From Armatimonadota bacterium (GTDB lineage: Bacteria; Armatimonadota; SYMT01), in the NCBI GenBank assembly GCA_041690135.1, contig JAWLHY010000007.1, positions 256,001 through 320,000 of the forward strand: a DNA stretch of 64,000 nucleotides, given 5' to 3'. Positions within the stretch are counted from its first letter, which is position 1; each line of letters opens with the position of its first letter. A program made the translations under genes and the position numbers. The notes under the pieces were generated by a model that had not been told where the DNA came from, did no database searches, and saw only the letters and a list, made by a program, of their open reading frames with translations. Of this stretch, positions 58,708 to 64,000 are shown piece by piece.

Positions 58708-59784
58708 CTACCAGAAAATATGGGTGATCTGGCTCGTCCGGGGATCATACCAGAGTCCGGCGGCACCATTCTCTGGAACCCGTCCGTCGAACGGCACCCG
58801 CAGGCCGCTGCGGTCGTAGACTCGGACGTCCGGGCGCGACCAGAGCGTTTTCTTCTGGGCATCCGTGGCGCCGTTCTCGATTGTGACGGCGAAACCCCAG
58901 CGCCCCTGGGCATCCTTCTTCAACTTCAAACCGTCCGCGGTCGGTTCCGCCAGATTCAGCAGGTCGTAATCGCCCCCGGAAAAGCTGGTGGTGGCGTTGA
59001 TCTTGAACGCGTCGACGTACCGGGCGCGGCGGGACGCGTCGGGGAGGATGTGGACGACGCTTCCCTTTTCGAGCTTCATCCGGGCCGAGGACACGGGGTC
59101 CAGGTTCACGGTGCAGGTGACGTTACCGGACAGCGGAATGCGGATCACCTGCGAGGCCGCCGTCGCGTAACTCTCCGGGTCCCACTCCGACCAGTCGGCG
59201 CACAGTTCCCGCGCCGGGCTCTCAATCCGTCCCCGGATCACCACTGCGTCCGCTTCCAGGGAGACCAGCCGCCCTTTCCAGATCCAGAGGAAGCTCTCAA
59301 GCTGTTGCACCCAGCCGCGCGGACTGAGCGTTGCCCGCACCACGGGAGAGCGGAAAGCCGAGCCGTAGGACTGCAGGTCCGGCAGCTCCTCCTCGGCGAT
59401 GGAGACGATGCGGCCCTCTTCCACGGCGTGGGTGCGGAACCGGACGCCGGGTTCCACGTGCAGCCGCTCTCGCCGGACGCCTCCCTCGGTGACCAGGAGG
59501 TCCACGTACGAAGTCTCCGCCGCGGGTTGGAGCCCGTCTCCTCCGCCGTCGCCTTCCGATCTGGTTTCTACCCGGGTGATCTGGTAGTTGAGGAGTTCGC
59601 CGCTCACCGTGCGGGGGCTGATGGTTACCGCGGGCGCGGGCGCTTTAGCCGGCGCCTTCGGCGGGGCGGCCCGAACGGCGCTCGGCGCTTGCAGGTCCAC
59701 CCCCCACAGCACGCCCAGCACGACCGTTGCCGCCAGGCCCGTGCCGACCGGGGGCCAGGAAGTTTGCAGCCCTATTCTTGCCAT
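58708..59784 (-). CDS. Hypothetical exported protein
   Basis: N-terminal hydrophobic segment and Pro/Ala linker. RBS GAGGAGG. Confidence 0.65.
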   Translation of the reverse strand: MARIGLQTSWPPVGTGLAATVVLGVLWGVDLQAPSAVRAAPPKAPAKAPAPAVTISPRTVSGELLNYQITRVETRSEGDGGGDGLQPAAETSYVDLLVTEGGVRRERLHVEPGVRFRTHAVEEGRIVSIAEEELPDLQSYGSAFRSPVVRATLSPRGWVQQLESFLWIWKGRLVSLEADAVVIRGRIESPARELCADWSEWDPESYATAASQVIRIPLSGNVTCTVNLDPVSSARMKLEKGSVVHILPDASRRARYVDAFKINATTSFSGGDYDLLNLAEPTADGLKLKKDAQGRWGFAVTIENGATDAQKKTLWSRPDVRVYDRSGLRVPFDGRVPENGAAGLWYDPRTSQITHIFW

Positions 59785-59879
59785 CTCCGCCCGCCTCCTC
59801 TCATTCCTTATAACCAGACGTTGGAGGGACGGTTAAGGGTTCGGGAGAAGGTTGCCTGTTTCCTTGTTGCGAGTGAGGA

Positions 59880-61271
59880 CTACCAGTCCGGTCCCAGGGC
59901 GGCCTCCGCCAGTTCGGGCGCGTACGGCTTGACGACTTCGATCGGCGTGGCGAGCGCGCGGCTGAGTTCGTCCAGCGTCATGTCGTCCATGAAGTAGTCT
60001 TCGCGCACGGCCACGCTGGGGAGCAGCAGTACGTCGCCGAGATCCCGGCCCGCGAGCTGCTCGGCAATATCCTGGCCCGTCAGGAGGCCGGCGACCGTCA
60101 CCGTCTCCCCGAAGAACCGGTTGACGATCGGCTCGACCGCCACCTGCAGGTTCTCCACGGACGAGAGGCGTTCCGCGAACGGGCGCAGGACGGGTTCGGC
60201 GAGAGTACCCGTCACGATCGTCACGCGCCGGGGTTGGCCGATGCGGGCGGGAATCCGCTTTTCGATCCGCTTCCAGTCGGCGTTCATCCGCGGGATCATC
60301 CCCACGCCGTTCTCGAACTGGGGGAATGCTTCGTAGGTGCGCGCGGAGGGAAGGGGCTCACCCGCCAGGAGATACATCTCATCGGAGGGGTAAACGAAGC
60401 GCGTCCCCAACTCCTTCTGGAACCGCTTCTGCCAGGCCTTGGCTTTGCCGATCACTTCCCGCGCCTCTTCCGGGCTGACGGTACGGAGGGCCGGGAGGTT
60501 GGAACGGTAGGTCGTGAGCCCCACGGGCACGATTGCCAGGGTCAGGCAGCCTCCGTGCGGCGGGTGGTACGCCGCCATCTCCTCCACGGTCCGATCCAGG
60601 ATCGCGCCGTCGTTCAGGCCCGGCGTGTAGACGATCTGCCCGTGGATCTCGATGTCGTGGGAGAAGAGGCGGTCCAGGTGCTCCTTCAACCGGGCGCCGT
60701 TCGGGTTCCGCAGCATCGCCACCCGCGCTTCCGGGTCCGTGGCGTGGATGCTGACGTAGAGCGGGCTGAGGTGGTACTTGAAGATCCGCTCCCAGCAGTG
60801 CTCCGTCAGGTTGGTAAGCGTGATGAAATCGCCGTGGAGGAACGAAAGGCGGTAGTCGTCGTCCTTCACATAGACCGACTTCCGCATCCGGCGGCGGTTC
60901 TGGTACACGAAGCAGAAATCGCAGTTGTTGCTGCAGATTCGGATGCCGTCGAACACGTCCGCCGCGAAGGTAACCCCCAGCGTCTCGTCGAGCTCCTTCT
61001 CGACGACCACGCTGTACGCCTCTTCCTTGCGCCCGCCCGGCGCCACCACCACTTCCACTTCCTCTTCCGTGATCAGGAAGCGGTAGTCGATCACGTCCTC
61101 CATGCGCTCGCCGTTGATGGTCAGGATCTCGTCGCCCGGCTCCAGCCCGATCTCCTCGGCGATGGAACCCGGCTCGATCTTCTCCACGATGGCGTGCGGC
61201 TCCGGCGGCCGGTACGGGTTGATCGGCCGTGGGAAGGCCGGCGGTTTCGGGCTCAAAACAGTTAACGACAT
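59880..61271 (-). CDS. PDZ + radical SAM (DUF512 / TIGR03279-type) protein
   Basis: PGSIAEEIG PDZ, CSNNCDFCF, KDDDYRLSFL.G.FITLTN, Q.ENGVGM, VAGLLTG.D. Confidence 0.92.
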   Translation of the reverse strand: MSLTVLSPKPPAFPRPINPYRPPEPHAIVEKIEPGSIAEEIGLEPGDEILTINGERMEDVIDYRFLITEEEVEVVVAPGGRKEEAYSVVVEKELDETLGVTFAADVFDGIRICSNNCDFCFVYQNRRRMRKSVYVKDDDYRLSFLHGDFITLTNLTEHCWERIFKYHLSPLYVSIHATDPEARVAMLRNPNGARLKEHLDRLFSHDIEIHGQIVYTPGLNDGAILDRTVEEMAAYHPPHGGCLTLAIVPVGLTTYRSNLPALRTVSPEEAREVIGKAKAWQKRFQKELGTRFVYPSDEMYLLAGEPLPSARTYEAFPQFENGVGMIPRMNADWKRIEKRIPARIGQPRRVTIVTGTLAEPVLRPFAERLSSVENLQVAVEPIVNRFFGETVTVAGLLTGQDIAEQLAGRDLGDVLLLPSVAVREDYFMDDMTLDELSRALATPIEVVKPYAPELAEAALGPDW

Positions 61272-61683
61272 TCAGATTTGCTCCGGCCGCATGATACGGG
61301 CTCGGCAGCGGACACGCAACCCCGCGAAAAGGACAAGGAAGAAAGGGATAAGGATAAGGAAGTCGTGTGCGTTGGGTAGTGGGAAGGGTTGAGCCAGGAA
61401 GGGCACTGTGGAAAAGGGCGAAGCTAAGGGGTTTAGGCAACTATATGAGCAGACATTGACCTCTCGGTAAGAACCTGTTTCTTATCGAAGGGCAGCGAGG
61501 CTTGCCGGAGTGACGGCGCTTGCGCGGCCTTGCTATGCCGAACCGTACGTGTTCAGTTGCTTGCACACACTTCTTGGGGCAATCCCCCAGGTACGTGGTC
61601 GTCGCTTTGGACAAAGATGCGGTCCGGCGGTGGTTCCGGCGTTGGGATGGGGCGAAGGGCGCCAATCTCTTGTATCTTCCCAT

Positions 61684-63084
61684 TCAACCATTGGAGCCTT
61701 CCTGTGTTGGGCCATCCACCGGACCTCTCACCCTTCGTATCCCCTCCCCACGGGCCATCCACGTAATCGCCAGCGCCATGATTGCGAACACGATCTGTGT
61801 GGGGATCTGCGCCTGGCCCTCCATCGGCGGCCAGAGCATCTTGAGAAAGGAAAGCCCCGTGTGCGCCCATGCCGTCAGGATCAACAGCCGGGCGGCGGCG
61901 CGCGGTCCTTCCGCCAGGCTCGCGGCGGCCCGCCCGATCACCGCCGTAAACAGCGCGAGGAGGGGGACCGCTACGGCGACGGCTACAGCCTTCTTCTCCA
62001 GGCAGAGATACTCGGCCACGTTGAACCCGGAAGCGTAGGCCAGCACGCCGCCGGTGACGAGCAGCGGGGTGATGCGGCCCGCGAACGCCGCTGGCAGGAG
62101 CAGCGCGGTGTGGACGAACGGCCAGTCCCAGTACGGCTCCGCGCCGAGCCACTCCTGGGTGGCGCAGAGGTGGAACGCTACCCAGAGCACGACCGCCGCG
62201 GTCTCCACGCGCGCCGGGATCTCGGAACGGGCGGGCTCGTCCTCCGGAGCAGCGGCGGGGTGGGGGAGGCGGGTCCAACCCCAGGCGAGCCCCGCGCCGG
62301 CCACCATCCCGAAGCCGACCTCCATCACCTTCCACCAGTCCAACCACGCCTGCACGTCCGCACCAAAAGGCTTCGCGTGCACACCCCAGGCGTTCACCAT
62401 CTCCGCGCCCGCAAACCCGATCCCGCCGGCCCCCGTGCCCCAGAGGGCCAGTTGCAGGGCCCCGCGGTCTCCACGCACGCAGCGGGCATACGCAACGAGC
62501 CCCAGCAGGGCCAGCAGCATGCCGCCCCAGTTCTCCATCCGGGGCTTGGGGTCGTACCAGCGGGAGAAATAGATTGCCGGGAGCCGTCCCGCCGCCGGGT
62601 CGTGGGGCCGGTTCAAGAGGTGCTCGCCGATCAGCGCCAGAAGGACCATCCCGCCGATGACGGCCAGGATTTCCCGGGCGCGGTAGCGGGTGCCGCCCCC
62701 CGCCATCCCGAGGAAGGCGCCGGGAATCCCGATCCAGACCGCCCCCTTCACTACCAGCCCCAGTACCCCCCACCAGTAATGGGGAGCCGGGTTCTGCTCC
62801 TGCACCAGGCCGATGGTCTGCGCGTAGGTCATCGAGCCGCCGACCGAGGTTGCCACCGCCCCGATCGCCGCCAGGCGGAGCGTCTCCAGGGCCGAAGCGC
62901 CGCGCAGGTAAGCCAGCACCAGCCCGATCAGCGCTCCCGGCACCATGGCCCCCGGCTGATGTCCGAACTGCCCGCGGATGCCCCAGCCCAACCCCATGGC
63001 CAGCGCCCCCAGGATCAGGGGGTACCATGCCCCGCAGCACGACTTGGCAGAAGGCGAAGGATGATCGGACAATTCCGCGTGCAT
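61684..63084 (-). CDS. Polytopic membrane hypothetical protein
   Basis: LGWGIRGQFGH..GAMVPGAL, GGSMTY.QTIG. Many TM segments. Confidence 0.75.
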   Translation of the reverse strand: MHAELSDHPSPSAKSCCGAWYPLILGALAMGLGWGIRGQFGHQPGAMVPGALIGLVLAYLRGASALETLRLAAIGAVATSVGGSMTYAQTIGLVQEQNPAPHYWWGVLGLVVKGAVWIGIPGAFLGMAGGGTRYRAREILAVIGGMVLLALIGEHLLNRPHDPAAGRLPAIYFSRWYDPKPRMENWGGMLLALLGLVAYARCVRGDRGALQLALWGTGAGGIGFAGAEMVNAWGVHAKPFGADVQAWLDWWKVMEVGFGMVAGAGLAWGWTRLPHPAAAPEDEPARSEIPARVETAAVVLWVAFHLCATQEWLGAEPYWDWPFVHTALLLPAAFAGRITPLLVTGGVLAYASGFNVAEYLCLEKKAVAVAVAVPLLALFTAVIGRAAASLAEGPRAAARLLILTAWAHTGLSFLKMLWPPMEGQAQIPTQIVFAIMALAITWMARGEGIRRVRGPVDGPTQEGSNG

Positions 63085-63246
63085 GGGCGCCACTCTTCCG
63101 CAGGGCACGTTCCCGGCCGGAACGCATCGCAACTGCCTCCAGAGTTACACCCGCAACCAATCCCCTCCTGCCACTTCCGCGTAGTGACGCACTCCACCCC
63201 GTTCGCTGCGCAGTTTGGGGCAGGCCCAGTCCGACGACCCTCAGCT

Positions 63247-63284
63247 AACGGCACCGGTAGGGAACGTCTCGCCGTAGCGTTCCG
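63247..63284 (+). repeat. Uninterrupted GTAG-type REP-like hairpin (empty site)
   Basis: aacggcaccggtag ggaacg tctcgccgtag cgttcc g. Confidence 0.72.
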
Positions 63285-63532
63285 CTGGCCGGGGGGTGAT
63301 CTTGTCCTGCTAACTCGTAGCGGTTCGGGTTCGGTAGGGTCGGCGGTTCGGAGGTCATGTGGCGTCCGTCGAGTACATCGATGTCACCGCGAAGTACCGA
63401 GAACCAGGTCAGCACGGCCGCCCTGGCCCGTCCCCAACTGTGGGAGTTCGCGGTGGCTGCCACGCGAGACCATTTGGGATGGCGCGCTGTAGGACCCGGG
63501 GGAAGAGCATTCCAGTTACTGCGCCCAACTGC

Positions 63533-64000
63533 TCAGCGCCTGGGAGACGCTGTCTTTTCCATCGAGCGCTTCAACACCCGCGGCTGTTCGGGCAGCGGCA
63601 GTTCAATCCGGGCCTGCTCGGCCGCCACGGTGACGAAGCTCTCCAGCAGCATCCCACGTTTCTTCATCGCCAGGATAGCCTCCGCCGCCGCCCTCCGCAC
63701 CGGGTACAACAACACCACTTCCTTTTTCGCCCCTGCCTGGCTCTTCCAAGCAGAACCCGAGTTGGTATCTTCTTGAATTCCACGCGCATTGTGGGCCTTT
63801 ACATTCCCACTCACTTTCTCTCTCCGTGTCGATCTCCGTGTCTCCGTGACTCCGTGGTGAAGTTCCGAAGAGGCACGCAAGGCGAAGATCCCCTGCACGT
63901 CCTCCCGGATCACCTGCGCCAGCAGCTTCCCCACGGAAGGATCGTCCTTCGCCAAGGCCTCCTTGCCCAGCGCCCTCACGCCCAATTCTCGGATCCGCAC
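63533..64000 (-). CDS. 3' part of a gene extending beyond the window (HEAT-like helices) with an in-frame repeat-derived insert
   Basis: Open to the window edge. VRALG..A and VRRAAAEAI helices flank a lower-GC segment containing ctccgtg repeats. Confidence 0.5.
   Translation of the reverse strand: MRIRELGVRALGKEALAKDDPSVGKLLAQVIREDVQGIFALRASSELHHGVTETRRSTRREKVSGNVKAHNARGIQEDTNSGSAWKSQAGAKKEVVLLYPVRRAAAEAILAMKKRGMLLESFVTVAAEQARIELPLPEQPRVLKRSMEKTASPRR

Noticed and set aside
61441-61680. Possible transposase remnant (DAVRRWFRRW resembles an IS helix-turn-helix)
   Set aside because: Only a short motif. No terminal repeats, catalytic residues or continuous frame.

Overview
GC-rich bacterial chromosomal DNA. 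The gene content (paired DUF1549/DUF1553-DUF1501 loci, sulfatase, BlaI/M56, KdsC, Tat-exported oxidoreductase) suggests Armatimonadota or PVC-like bacteria; this is an inference. About 45 CDS can be supported, mostly housekeeping, secreted or carbohydrate-related; no transposase, integrase, rRNA or CRISPR-Cas is recognisable. All product calls come from motif recognition, without database searches. Two hidden layers stand out. (1) At 46.7-48.2 kb on the minus strand: a near-consensus sigma70 promoter, a 51-codon leader ORF in which 3 of 4 Ile codons are the rare ATA, an antiterminator/terminator pair, a complete tRNA-Ile with the unusual UAU anticodon, a block of tRNA-like/structured RNA and an SPFH/band-7 (slipin) gene. 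This reads as an attenuator that senses failure to decode AUA and switches on a back-up tRNA. (2) A family of 18-20 nt 'hexamer + mini-hairpin' micro-inserts (GTTTAC/GTACAC/GTCTAC-type) sits precisely inside REP-like hairpins and short tandem-repeat arrays. Filled and empty sites both occur in the window, and one copy is nested. Many 6-9-mer tandem arrays are present, several inserted in frame into genes, including one shared site in two DUF1553 paralogs.
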